Assembly (NCBI GenBank): GCA_022813965.1
Contig: JALDZS010000018.1
Span: forward strand, 124,001 to 188,000
DNA: 64,000 nt
Direction of reading: 5' to 3'
Origin: Toensbergia leucococca
Taxonomy: Eukaryota
How positions within the stretch are numbered: the stretch's first letter is position 1; each line of letters starts with the position of its first letter. Position numbers and translations under genes: made by a program. Below, in pieces: positions 50,270-63,100 of this stretch. Below the pieces are notes generated by a model that did no database searches, was not told where the DNA came from, and saw only the letters and a list, made by a program, of their open reading frames with translations.

Positions 50270-53200
50270 ATGAGCTTTGGATTCGGTATGGGCGATGTCA
50301 TCGCTGTATCCAAGCTCGCCGACAAGCTCCGCAAGCGCTTTGTAGACTCGCCTGATCAGTTCAAGGCCGTCTCAAACGAGTAAGGCCTTTCAATGCTATC
50401 GTCGCCTCTAAGAACTAATCTCTATTCGATAGAGTAAAGAGCCTCTCGAATGTCCTTCGCGACCTCGAAGACGTCTTACCTGAGCGGACTCTTACCGACC
50501 GGCAAATGAGCGATCTCCAAGGCCACACAAAAGGATGCAATGAGGTCCTCGAGGATCTGAATAAGTTAGTTGACAAGTATCAAGAATTGGATGTCAGACC
50601 TGGACTTCTCTCCTCCAAGTCCCGAAGGCTATGGAAGCGACTAAAATGGGAGCCCGACGATGTGAAAGATCTTCGTTCTCGACTGACCTCGAACCTCGCT
50701 TTGTTGAGTGCTTTCAACGGATCACTTTTAATGTAGGTACATGCCGATAGTGCATCCCCATACTATTGACATCTACCAGCGGCATGTCTCACGCAACCAA
50801 CATTGGTGTCGATCGATTGAACAAGCATCAAGACGATCAAGAATTACAAGCTATCCTGAATTGGCTATCTTCTAAGGATTTCCAAGCCAAGCAAAGCGAT
50901 GTCTTCAATAGGTGTCAAGAAGATACTGGCCAATGGTTACTGAACTCTTCAGAATATCAGTCATGGATTAGCGGGGCGGAACCAATTCTTTTCTGCCCCG
51001 GAATTCCTGGTGCCGGCAAGACAATGATAGCTTCCATCGTCATACACAATTTACAGGAGCGCTTCCCCGAGAAAGATGTTGGAGTCGCGTATTTCTATTG
51101 CAATTACAAACAACATGCAGAACAGACCCTTGTGAACCTAATGACCGGTCTGCTAAAACAATTGGTCCAGAAACATTCACCTTTACCAGACGAGGCGAAG
51201 AGTCTCTACGTGCGACATGATAGTGGAAGAACTCGCCCATCTATACAAGAGATTTCAAATGCAATTCTCTCTGTTGCTGGCAGCCTTTCCAGAGTCTATG
51301 TAATAATTGACGCACTAGATGAATGCACAAGGACAGAGAGGACGAGATCACGCTTGCTGAACGAGCTTTTCATTCTTCAGGCACAGACCAACATTAGTCT
51401 CTTAGTAACCTCGCGCTTCATTCCTGAGATAGAAGCAGAGTTTAAAGGGAAGATGTTCTTGAAGATCCGCGCAAGTGATGAAGATGTAAAGAAATATCTT
51501 GAAACCCACATGAAAGATTTGCCAGCTTGCATCTCACGGGACCCATCTTTGCAAGATGATATCAAGACTGAAATTGCAAAGGCTGCTGATGGGATGTGAG
51601 TTCATTCCTACGCTTGAGATACCCAGAGATGGTTCCTAAACGTTATTTTGATAAGGTTCCTTCTGGCGCGGCTTCATCTAGCTTCACTAGCAGATAAAAC
51701 CAAACACAGAGCCGTGAGACTTGCCTTGAAGAGACTTCCAAAGGGATCGGAAGCATTAGATGTCGCCTACAAAGAAGCAGTTGAAAGGATTGAAGGCCAA
51801 GAATCAGGGTTTAAACAGCTTGCAAAACAGGTGCTCTCTTGGATCACCTACGCTCAAAGGCAATTGACTCTCTTGGAACTTCAGCACGCTTTGGCCATCG
51901 AGGATACAGATTCAGAGTTCCATGAAGAAGATCTTCAAGAAGCCGACGAGATGATATCAGTTTGTGCCGGCCTTGTAATTGTCGATAAAGAAACCGGAAT
52001 AATTCGCTTGGTCCATTATACAATGCATGAATATTTTGAACGTGTTCTTCCGTCCTGGGTGCCTGACGCTCAGACAACTATTGCTAAGACATGCCTTACA
52101 TACCTTTCGTTTGATGTTTTCTCGGCTTGGTCCCCTCACAGCTTGAGGGAGACTGCCCCGCTATTGGCGAATACCCCTTTGCTTGATTATGCCGTTAATC
52201 ACTGGGGAACACATGCCGAAATGGCTTCAAAAGATGTTATTGATGAACCAGTCCTCCACTTCCTCAGAGACAACACGAAAGTACACTTCTGTATCCAAGT
52301 TCTGATGGAGTTCCGACATGAATACGTTTTTGACGAATCAGATCAAGCGACAGAGATGCACCTTACAGCATATCTAGGACTAGACAGAATTTTATCTTTG
52401 CTACTTGAGAAGGGGATGCTCCCAGATCCCAGAAACAAGATCGGTCAAACGCCGCTGTCCTACGCCGCTGGGAGAGGACACGCTAAGACTGTAAAGCTTT
52501 TACTTGAGCGGAGTGATGTTGAGGCAGATTCTAAAGATGAGGATGGCAGAACACCGCTATGGTATGCAGCTGACCATGGAGATGAATCTGTGATGAAGCT
52601 TTTGCTTGAGCGGAGTGACGTTGAGACAAATGCAAAAGATTTGAATGGAAGAACACCCCTGTCAAAGGCAGCTAGATACGGGAATGAGGCTGCTGTGAGG
52701 CTTTTGCTTGAGCGGAGCGATGTTGGGGCTGACTCTCAAGATGACTATGGCAGAACACCGCTATCTCACGCAGCTGATAATTGTGAGGCTATTGTGAAGC
52801 TTTTGCTTGAGCGAAGTGATGTTGAGGCGGACTCTAAAGATAACAATGGCAGAACACCGCTATCTTACGCAGCTGATAACGGGCATGAGGCTGTTGTGAA
52901 GCTTTTGCTTGAGCGGAGCGATGTTGAGGCAGATTCTAAAGATGAGGATGGCAGAACACCGCTATCTTACGCAGCTAATAACGGGCATGAGGCTGTTGTG
53001 AAGCTTTTGCTTGAGCGGAGTGATGTTGAGGCAGACTCTAAAGCTGTGTACGGCATGACCCCGCTCTCCTACGCCGCCTTGCAAGGACATGAAGCAGTCG
53101 TCAGGGTATTGATTGAACGACCGGATGTTGAGATTAATACGGGAGATGAGCATGGTGGTACGCCTCTATCTCGGGCCGCCTCTGAGGGTCATGAAGGAGT

Positions 53201-53591
53201 TGTGAGATTGTTGATTGAACAAATGGGTGTTGAGATGAATGTGAAAGATAAATTAGGTAGAGCTCTATCTTGGGCCGCTTCTGGGGGTTATGAAGGAGTT
53301 GTGAGATTGTTGATTGAACAACCGGATGTCAAGTTAAACATGCGAGATCATGCTGGTTTTACGCCTTTATCTCGGGCCGCCTTTGGGGGTTATGAAGGAA
53401 TTGTGAGATTGTTGATTGCACAACCCGGTGTTGAGCTAAATGTGGAAGACATGTATGGCTTAACGCCTCTATCTTGGGCAAAGAGGATTAGACACGAGGT
53501 GATGGTCAACATAATCGAGCAAGCTATAGAAGATAGGCGAGCATCTCAAAATCGCCGAGTACAAAAGGTCGAGGACGACACCACTCCATGA
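50270..53591 (+). CDS. Fungal NLR-like protein: HeLo/SesA-like N-terminus + NACHT (NPHP3-like) + winged helix + ankyrin repeats
   Basis: MSFGFGMGDVIAV...WKRLKW; Walker A CPGIPGAGKT; Walker B VIIDALDE; ADGM|FLLARL; IRLVHYT; about 11 ANK repeats. GT-AG introns at 50380-50432, 50733-50779 and 51596-51655. Confidence 0.92.
52440..53500 (+). repeat. Highly similar ~102-nt ankyrin coding repeats
   Basis: Recurrent GCAGAACACCGCTAT and AAGCTTTTGCTTGAGCGGAG at ~99-102 nt spacing. A second repeat subtype (GTGAGATTGTTGATTG) follows 53100. Confidence 0.9.
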
Positions 53592-53949
53592 GCACTCGAC
53601 TGATGGATCAGCACAAAGCGACAGCATAGAACACTGCCATCCGCATTTCTGGGACGACTACAGCGATACTTGAGTGCGGAAGGATAGCACGGATTCTGAA
53701 CAGGCTTCATTCCTCGTTGGATTCCCCTTCTCTGATCAAGCCTCCTGCCAACTGTTCTGAGTATCGATGGCAAAGGATACATCCCTCTACCCTACGATCG
53801 TCTCTCAGATGACAGTACTTCCTCTCTGAAATCTCTTTTTCATTCACAATGAGCACTAGAGCCAGCCTACGAGCAATGCGCAAGATTTTCTCAATGCGAG
53901 ACGTATGTGCCTGATCAAGCTATGAGAGAAGCACTGCCTATCTACCTGG

Positions 53950-54310
53950 TACGAATGATGAGATATAATCACTCAGATCTGAGTAATGAGAGCATCTGTC
54001 TTTAAGACAACAGTGCAGTCAGAATGACTGAGTGAGTTTAGTCCTTTTCCTGAGAGTTTCATAATCAGTAAACAGTTTGAATAACTTTAACTTAGAAGCA
54101 CTGCTATACTCATGCTTGAAGGTGAGAAGCATAGTGTTTTAATTGATGAAAATTGATTGTCAGAGAAAGTGAGAGAGTTTAGAGATTTATAGCTAGTGAA
54201 AGATTTAGTTAAGAGAAATAAGCATCTGAATCTTTATTGAAAGCAGAGATGTTATAATGAAACAAAAACATAGAAAGAGAAGAGTTACCTACTCATGATA
54301 ATGCAGCAAA
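53950..54310. other. AT-rich, CpG-depleted tract (possible RIP- or methylation-eroded repeat relic)
   Basis: Abrupt AT enrichment with almost no CG dinucleotides, upstream of the JmjC gene. Confidence 0.4.
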
Positions 54311-54465
54311 CCCACCCCCTTTTTCAAGACTTACCTAGCTATTCTAGCTGGTCCAGGTTAGCTCGTAACTCATTGGGTTAGAGTTATTCTATTACGAGTC
54401 TCGGCAAAAGCTCCACACTCGTACTCCGTACCTTCCCAAAATTCGATACAGACCCTAAGTGTGCC

Positions 54466-56031
54466 ATGGAGGCATTCCGTTCGCACAAACGGCGCAAGCT
54501 ATCGCCTCCCATTCAGGTCGAACAGCAACAGCCAAGCTGTGCCGCTAACCCGGAAGTAGAAGATGAATCCACAAATCTGAAGCTGGCGACCCTCCTCGCT
54601 CTACCCCCCACACCCCCCAACGATCCTCTCCACCACCTCCCAAAAACAATAACATCCCTCCTCCCTACCCGCCCCCGCTCCCTCCTTCGCCTCGCATACT
54701 CGAAATTGCATACCTACCCCTTCGATTCTGTCCCGGGGTGCTGGCTGAGGTTGTACGAGGAAGCGAGTTTGTATTTGGCTGTTGGGGTTATACGGAGGGG
54801 GATTGAAGAGGGGGAGGAGGGTGATGAAAGGGAAGATGAGGATGGGGTTGAAGATGGCGGTGGTGATGAATGGAATAATCCTGAGGGGGAAAAGGAGAAC
54901 GATTGGATCACCCACACCGTCCACATCCTCGACAAAGCCCTCATCATAACCGGCTCCCCCCTCCGCGCCTCCCTAATCCACTCCCTCCTCTCCGCCCTCG
55001 AATCCCACTCCACCACCCTCCACCCCCAATCCCCTGCAGTCCCCTCAATCCCCCCCCATTTCCCCCCCTCCCCCCTCCCCCACCCAAAAATCAACCACCC
55101 AATCCCCCGCCTCCAAAACCCCTCCCTCCAATCCTTCCAATCCCACCTCGATACCCCCACAGGCCCAACGCCTCTAATCCTCACAGACACCCTCTCGCAC
55201 TGGCCCGCCCTCTCCACACGCCCCTGGTCAAGCCCCCAATACCTCCTCTCCCGCACCTTCAACGGCCGCCGCCTCGTCCCCGTCGAAGTGGGCAAGAGCT
55301 ACACGCATCCCGAATGGTCGCAGAAGCTAGTCCCGTTCGCCGAATTCGTGGGGACGTATCTGCTCCGTCCCCCACCACCACCACCCTCAGCGAAAACCAA
55401 CAACAACAACCATCGCAAAGAACCCGAGGAGAAGGAAGATGCCAAGGAGCAAGAGCACCAAATAGCCTACCTAGCCCAACACGACCTCCTCTCCCAAATC
55501 CCTGCCCTGCGCCCCGACATCGCAATCCCAGACTACTGCTACACCACGCCCCCAACCTCCCCACCACTCCCTCACAATCAAAATCAAAAACAAAAACAAC
55601 ACCCTCACCTAGATTCCCCCCTCCTCAACACCTGGCTCGGCCCCGCCGGCACAGTGAGTCCCTTGCACACGGACGCGTATCATAACCTCCTGTGCCAGGT
55701 CGTCGGCTGCAAATATGTGCGCTTGTATGATCCGAGGGTTGTTTCTGCGGGGAGGATGTTTGCGAGGGGTGTTGAGGGCGGGGGGGTGGATATGGGGAAT
55801 ACGAGTGCTGTGGATGATGTGGAGGGTTTGGAGGGTTTGGAGTCTGGGGAGGGTTTGGTGGGTTTGGAGGCAGGGGAGGGGGGGTTTGAGGAGAGGTTTC
55901 CGGGGTTTAGGGCGTTGGGGTTTGTGGAGGCGGTGGTGGGGGTGGGAGAGTGTTTGTTTGTGCCGAGGGGTTGGTGGCATTATGTTAGGGGGTTGAGTGT
56001 GAGTGCTAGTGTTAGCTTTTGGTGGAATTGA
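54466..56031 (+). CDS. JmjC-domain 2OG-Fe(II) dioxygenase, JMJD5/KDM8-like, with an N-terminus shared with the adjacent AlkB-type gene
   Basis: WPAL...PW, RLVPVEVGKSY, YLAQHDL, WLGPAGTVSPLHTDAYHN (HxD), LFVPRGWWHYV, SVSFWW. Intronless ORF. Confidence 0.88.
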   Translation: MEAFRSHKRRKLSPPIQVEQQQPSCAANPEVEDESTNLKLATLLALPPTPPNDPLHHLPKTITSLLPTRPRSLLRLAYSKLHTYPFDSVPGCWLRLYEEASLYLAVGVIRRGIEEGEEGDEREDEDGVEDGGGDEWNNPEGEKENDWITHTVHILDKALIITGSPLRASLIHSLLSALESHSTTLHPQSPAVPSIPPHFPPSPLPHPKINHPIPRLQNPSLQSFQSHLDTPTGPTPLILTDTLSHWPALSTRPWSSPQYLLSRTFNGRRLVPVEVGKSYTHPEWSQKLVPFAEFVGTYLLRPPPPPPSAKTNNNNHRKEPEEKEDAKEQEHQIAYLAQHDLLSQIPALRPDIAIPDYCYTTPPTSPPLPHNQNQKQKQHPHLDSPLLNTWLGPAGTVSPLHTDAYHNLLCQVVGCKYVRLYDPRVVSAGRMFARGVEGGGVDMGNTSAVDDVEGLEGLESGEGLVGLEAGEGGFEERFPGFRALGFVEAVVGVGECLFVPRGWWHYVRGLSVSASVSFWWN

Positions 56032-56275
56032 TGCCGGAGGGGGTCGGTTTTTGTGTGTGTGGGGTGATTGGGGAGAAAGGGGGGGGGGTTGATACGAGGG
56101 TTGGCTGGTGATGTGTGGAGGTTTTGTCTCTCACTGTTCAAACAGCTGTGCAGTCACACTCACCCTCATCTTCAGTAAGTAATCTATGGGCTCATGAGAA
56201 AAGACATTGTAACCCAACGAGTGTCCCCGAATAGCAGGGGCTAAAACTTTCGTTCATTGATAATTAAACATATTT

Positions 56276-57826
56276 TCAAGGCGGACGATCCTTTGTAATC
56301 CACGGCGGTTCCCCATCATCGTCGAACTCAGCCCACTGAAAAAAAGTGCAGCTACCATCAAATCAGCCACGCCCATCTCGACAACAATGCAATCAATCAT
56401 CCCCCAAAACTCACCCCTCCTTCCCAGGCGCATTACCCGCATAGCACATCCACATATACCGACCTCGATTCTCCCTCTTCCGCTGCACACACCGCAACAC
56501 CGTCGGCACATCACATTTGCAGCGAGGCGTATATCGCGGATGGAAGCTCTGCCGGTAATGGCGATAGGTGACGTTGATCCGCTTGTTGCCGGAGACGGGA
56601 TGCGGATCGATGGCTTGGGCGGGGTGGATGCTGTGTTTCCATCCTTCTTGCATTTCGGCGTGCATGACCAGGAGGGAGTTGTGGGGGAGGTGGATCGCGA
56701 TTTGGCCCTGGGCGTCACCGCGGCTTGTTGTGGGGGGGGGTTTTTTCTTGTTCTCTTTGTTGTTGTTGGGGGGCGAGTCTTTGTTTTTTTCATCGGAGGA
56801 GGAGGAGGAGGAGTCTGCGGGGGGGAGGATTTTGCGGACGCGGAATTCGCGGGCGACGCCTAGACTCAGGCTGCCGATTATGGCGTGGGGGCCTAGGTAG
56901 GTGAGTTGGTCGGTGTGGTAGCCTACGCTGTTTTTGCCGCCGTTGTAGCAGTTTACGAAGGCGGCGTTTGGGATCCATTCGTTGGGTGATTGGTGTTTTA
57001 GTTTCTTGCCGTTTGGGTAGTGGTGCTTGATTCGTTCTTGGATCTCTGCGTTGACGGCTGGTTGTATCTTTAGGGAGACGGCGCGCATGTGAGGTAGGAT
57101 CTGGCGCACATCCTAGGGGTTTTGGACAGCTGTCAATTTTCTCACAGCTCTTTTTTCCTCGGGTATAGCTTTGCCTGAGTCCCTTACCGTGAGATAAGTC
57201 CCGTTGTAGATGTATTCTGTCTTTTGCCTGATTTGTTCCTCGAGGCTGTCGACGTAGAAGCATGCCGAGTGCGGGCTCTCCACGACGTTATCAAAGAGCT
57301 TGAAAGTTTGCTTCTCGAATGTGTGTGCTTCCTCTAAAAGTTCTCCCAGTAACTCTTCGGCTTCTCGTGCAGGTAGGAAATTGTGGATGATGGAGCATGG
57401 GGTATGGGAGGCAATATCCTCTGGCGTATACAGGTGCAGTGTCTGGCCTTTTCTGGTAAGAGGTTTGGGTCTGGACGATGTCAAGGCTGGAGGTTGATCC
57501 AGTCTTCGAAAAGCAGCGAGGGAAGTCTGGTGTCCGATGGCGGCAGTCGACCTTTTCCTAGGAGATGTCAAATGTTCAGGGTAGGCGAGAGTCTGGCATA
57601 CTGTATCTACGGAGCCGTCAGCAGTAATGAGGAGATCAAGCAAAGTGGCTTGGTCGACATCAGAGTAAAGAGAAGCCAGGGTTGCCAGCTTCAGATCGGT
57701 AGATTCGTCTTCCACTTCCACTTCCACTTCCACTTTGGAGACATAGTCTGGTGGACGCTGCGCATATGACTCTATCGGAGCTGGGGGCGACATCTTGCGC
57801 CGTTTGCGCGAGACAAATGCCTCCAT
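56276..57826 (-). CDS. AlkB-family (ALKBH2/3-like) 2OG-Fe(II) oxygenase with N-terminal CUE-like region and C-terminal GRF zinc finger
   Basis: Exons 57826-57188, 57112-56415 and 56351-56276. YHTDQL (HxD), WKHSI, RINVTYR, CKC...NRGRYMWMC...GCTFFQW. Confidence 0.88.
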
Positions 57827-57929
57827 GGTCGGAAGTTTGAAAGTTACAGGTTTGGGGTCGAAGGGGGGAGGGGGGGTTGATACTGGCCTTGGCGGGGTTT
57901 TTCTAGTCATATTGCATGCAAACCCATCA

Positions 57930-58330
57930 CCCACCTACTTTTAATTACTCAGTAAAAATCTTCACATTGCTGTGCTCTACTCATTATCATATCATCAAAA
58001 ACTTCAAGATTATACTTCACACTTCAAAGATACTAAAGTCTATTATATCTCAGCTCAGAATGATCATATTTCACACTCAAAAAGCTATCAACATCAAGAA
58101 AATCAGCAGCTCTGCTTATCACAAGTTATTCTTCAAAAAAGAACTGACACTTTCACATTTCACATCAAAGACTCATCAATCCTTAATCATCACAATCAAT
58201 CTCAAACTCTTCACATCTTCAAAATCCCTCTCAATCCCTTTCACCTCCCCTCATCTTCTCTCAACTAAGTATCCTCCTTTTAACCACCCTTTCAAAACAA
58301 ACCTCAGCAAACACATCTCGCTATATCAAC
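57930..58330. other. AT-rich, CpG-depleted tract (possible RIP- or methylation-eroded repeat relic)
   Basis: Abrupt AT enrichment with almost no CG dinucleotides, upstream of the AlkB-type gene. Confidence 0.4.
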
Positions 58331-58745
58331 AACCTCACAACCCCCCCTTCAAACCTCTGAAAAGGAGGGCGGGGGGAGGTAAGTGTACCTTACTCGAACC
58401 TACCCCGCCCACCTGCAGGGACAAAAAAGCAGAAGCAGAAAGAAGCAGAGCACATTTCATCGAGCAGAATTTGAATTGATTTTAGTGTCAAAGAAGACCC
58501 CATTTCATATACAGCGACTTTCCGATGCTTTGTCTTAAGAGGGATGCCACAAATTTGAGCCAGCTCATACCCCAGTTCATACCCCACCACCATAAATCCT
58601 CGAGAAAAAAAACCCTTTCGACCTAAGCAAAACCATGTTGAACCCACACTCCCCCCCTTCCCCCCCCTCACGTGTTATCCATCGCATAACCTATCCCATA
58701 GCAGACGTTTCAGAAAGCAACATTGTCCTCTCGAACATCTCTCGT

Positions 58746-60113
58746 TTATGTAGGCTTGGCCGCGAACCCGAGTTGCGGGCTGGAAGTAGCATCGAAGACG
58801 ACAAACTGCGACTTGAGGAAGATGTCGCCATAGATGGCGAATCCGATGCCGGCATCGGATTGGATTCCACCGTAGCAGGCTGAAAAGAAGATGAATATCA
58901 GCAAGAGTCATTGAGGGTGGGGTGGAAGAAAAAGATGGGGGCTTACTTGAACTGCCAGAGGTGACGGGAGCGTAGTTGATGTAGCTACCGGGGACAACAG
59001 CCCTGTATGATCCAATACCGAGCGTGATGCTTGGGAGCGTGGCCGAGCAAGGGAACACGTATCCGCCATATGTTGCGCTGTTCGACGACCCGGAAACCTT
59101 CTTATAGTACGCCGTGACGACCGTGCTCGGCAGTAGGAGGAGTGTAGTGCCAGTATCGGCAATGGCATCAATGGTCGTTGACACGAAAGAGCCGCTGCCA
59201 ATCGCATATCCGTCACCATCGAACTCCCAGAAGCCATTGGAGGTGATGACTGGGACGTAGGTGATGGAGCCGGTGTATTCGCTGCTGTCAATGTAGCCGA
59301 AGTTGTAGCTTCCTGGCGCGCCTTTCTTCAGGTTGGCCGTGAAGAGCGGCAACGCGAGGCTGGATTCGGCATTGAAGAAAAAGGTCTTCTGCGGGTTTGG
59401 CGATACTGCGAGGACTTGTCAGCTAGATTCGACTCTACTCTGCCGTGCGCTTTACCCGTGTTGAGCGAATCAAAAGCCAAGCCGAGCAGGCCATCGGAAT
59501 CAACGTCATCTACAAACTCCGAGCTGATCTTTTTCGCAGCTTCCACAGCTTGCGCCGTCACCTTCGTAGCTCCGACGGTCACGACATCATCGTAGACATT
59601 GCCACTCGCAGAACTTCCATCTCCATATGAGATACTCCAAGTCTCTCCGCTCAGGAGTTTGGAGGTAGTAGACTTTGCTGGGTTATAGACCGAGTGACCC
59701 GCTTGATCTGCGGCAGGAAGTTCCGTGGAGAAAACCCAGCTGATTAAGATTAGTGACAGGGTTATTCCTCTGATGATAATGCAAACTCACAGATCCGAAG
59801 ATCCTGTATCAAAATCCAGGTTCAATGTCTGTGCCGGTGTACCGATGTTGACGGGGCAAAGGTACTCTTCGTCATACTCTTCGGGCGACGCGGTGACTGT
59901 TCCATCATCGGTGCCAGCAGCAGTAGCAAGCTCTGGGGACACAGTGCCTCCGAATTTGGCGTATGCATGTGCCAAAGCGTTTGGTCCAGACCTAATTTTG
60001 GATTTGGGTACGCTCTCGTTTATGGTAAAGGTTACACCACGCTTCTCTATTGGGGTAGCAGAAGCAATGGACAAGAGGGCCGAAGCGGCGCCGAGCTGCG
60101 TAATGAAGCGCAT
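58746..60113 (-). CDS. Secreted aspartic protease (aspergillopepsin/penicillopepsin-type, peptidase A1)
   Basis: Signal and pro-peptide, [10 protein letters not shown] and IADTGTTL catalytic motifs, [23 protein letters not shown]. Three GT-AG introns. Confidence 0.93.
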
Positions 60114-63100
60114 GATGACGGAATCAACGATTGAGAAGACTGTTGATTATTGGAGTATTGGCTTGATTTCCGATGGTCTTGGAAGTTGAGAAGGGGAATC
60201 AAGGACCACTTTATAGAGATTGGTCTTCTCATCTTCAGTCGAGAACAATTGACCCCCCTAATAGGGTCGGAGATAAGCTGCATTCTTGCACAGCTGAAGC
60301 TCGGTCGAATCAAAGGAGCGTCTTGGATGTCTCGACCAAGAAGCTGTAGGGTGGCAAGACGATCCTACGTCAATGTTGCTTAGCAAGGCAGGTTTATGAA
60401 GTGGTGGGGGTCAAATGATTGAACGGTCAGTCTAATGATATGCATGAATAGTTCTCATTAAGCATGCAGAGATGGTCGAAGGGTTCTTGGTGGAGGCGAA
60501 CACCTTTCTATTTTAGGCAGTTGGAAGGGATTTGTGCCCAATGTGTCCAGCTTGTGTGCAGTCCAGGAGGCAAGGATGCTACCCCAGGTGTGGAATCATG
60601 CATTTCCTTACGGAACCTGGCTAGACGCAGTGAGGACAGGGCGGTGGAGTATGTTGATTGGACATTTGCAGTATTGTGCATGTCCTGGATGGAGGCACAC
60701 GGAGTAGATAAGTGCTTGATAACGGCGGCAAGCATGCGTTAGTCAGTCGAAATGGCGGGGGTGGCACAGACAAACTAAGGTCGACGGCGCGAACCGTGGT
60801 CCGAGGTATCGAGGTACATCCTGGATGATGCTGGTCACAAAGAGATGATCAAGGTCCGGAACAGTGTCCGTTGATGGAAACTCCGTTGTCAGCTGCTTCA
60901 AGAGAGGTGACGATTGGTTCCAGGAGGTTGACAAGCTCGCACCTTCCTTATCTTGGTCCGATTCCCAATCGGGCATCTGGTCAACATAGGGGACCGAGTC
61001 GGAAAAGGAGGGGTCAGAGCATTCTGATTGTGGGGATTCTCCATACTCTCTCCTGAGCAGGATCAGGTATGAGATGATGAAGAATGCAGAATGTTCAACG
61101 GTGATGTGCAATTAAGCTTCACTTGGCGGCTTGCGGCGTAGAATATTCTACTCTAGTTCTAGAAATTGACGAGTGGTGGAGGGCGATAAATGAAGAAGGT
61201 GGCCTGGTGGCGTATGATCTGCCCGTCGTACTCTGACTCGTCACACTCTCGCTGTGCCTGGGCAGCCATAAAATACCTTAGTCAGTAAGGTAGTCAGGAG
61301 GCCCTAGAGTGAGTCGAGGCTAGATCCAAAGTACCATGGTGTCATCCACGCACCGAAGATGATCGTGTTTCCTTCTAGAAGATATTAATAATCGTGATAG
61401 GGGTAAGCGACCTTTCGGAGGATTGATTTCCCTATCAAGGAGGTGCTTGCGAGCAATTCATAGGTCGCCTCAACGCGTCTTTTACCTCTGTCAATTGTCC
61501 AATCATTTCGCGCCCTTTCCGGCCTTGGGTCAGTCGGCCCATCCCGAAATTGGTTGAATCCAACGTCAATTCATTCTACACAATCCTTTAGCGAAATCAA
61601 TTAATCAGAAGGGTATCAAACAATATTGATACCTCGGTGTCCTCGTCCAACGGGGCAAGCCTCATGCCAAAGATAACGCAGCACGGGAAGAATCAGCCCA
61701 TGAGACCCCCGTTATTGGAGTTCGGAAGGACAAGGCTGCAGGCACCCGGGCTAGACACTATCCAAGAGACGGTCAATGGCTGACTTGAGGAGAAAACGGC
61801 TGTTCTGATGAGGTGAGAAAGTGGGGTTGTAATTGTGTGTGTCATAAGGACAGCAACAACAATCTGGATATGGCCCCGAACGCGCCATTCTCGTCGACAA
61901 GGCTGCAGACTTTTCGAGAACCGTCGGACATACTTCCCTCTGTGTCCCGTGAGATGTTTCCCTGAGGATTCACCCATTCAAAGCGTTGCCTTGAGCTTCC
62001 AAAAGTAGGTACCCTTGCCATTTGCCATGGTCAAGATATCCCCCGCTCGGTGTGATGGTTTGGCTTTGTACAGACGGTCTAACTTAGGCGCAGACTAGGC
62101 TTTAAGATGCACGTGCTTAAGGTACCTTAGTCAATGGGGATCTACCACGTTACTCTCTTGCTGATGCTAACTTAGCTGATAGCCAAGGGAGGCCTAAATG
62201 GCATAGCTGATCCGTAGAGGGAGGGAGGGACCGTGGCGGCGCGGCCCGACCTCAACAAAAATTATCAGGTAGCTCAGGCTGAAACGGTAATCGCGGGTTA
62301 GGTAATTTGTCTTTCCCCGGAGTCTAGACGGTGGCACGAAGCGAGAAGGTTCCTCAATATGTGATGCAGCGTGCATGACAGCGTTAAACGGCCGTTGTTG
62401 ATAATGACTAGAGAGCAGACTAACTACTCCAAATGGAATGAAAAGCATGGAAAAGCATCGTCGATGAGAGCCAAGGAGCAGTCTATGGACAGCAAACAGG
62501 ATGGGGACATGGACAAGAAAGGCAATTGCTCACTCAAGTATGGAAGACGAAGACTCTTGGTCAGATACCACACGCATCTTGTACTCTATGTTCCTCATTA
62601 TAGTAAGACTTGAAAGAGCCATTCGACGTTCAATGAAAGTTGACGAATGAAAGAAAGCAAGGGGTGCACGTGCTTTATTTCAACCCCACTCCAGCACTTC
62701 ATCTTGGGAGGATATCAAGCATGGAACGGCAAAGTAGGAATCAATATAACGGCAAGGTAAAGATGAGTACACGTTCAAATAAACTGCTTCCTTCGTTCCC
62801 AAAAACAGCCAAAGACGCGCGTACAGTGAATATCGCTTAGGTGTCAACCAACGAGAGCTTTGATACCGTATGATCTGTCATAATATATTGTCGGTTGACA
62901 AGACATAAGATATGGTTCCAAATTGACTTTCTGAGACTGAGTGTGTTTGGATCTATGATGATTTCTACCTCTGTGGGGCGAGTCCCAGGTGAAATTCCTC
63001 CCCCTTCTCCTCCTCCTTATCCTCATTCACTGACTCAAGAACAAATGTCTTTTCAAGTTTTCTACTTCAGTCCCTCACCTGAAAAAGAAGTGTAAAGATC

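Noticed and set aside
57916..58479. 187-aa ORF
   Set aside because: It lies in an AT-rich, CpG-depleted tract with biased I/K/S/H composition and no protein motifs.
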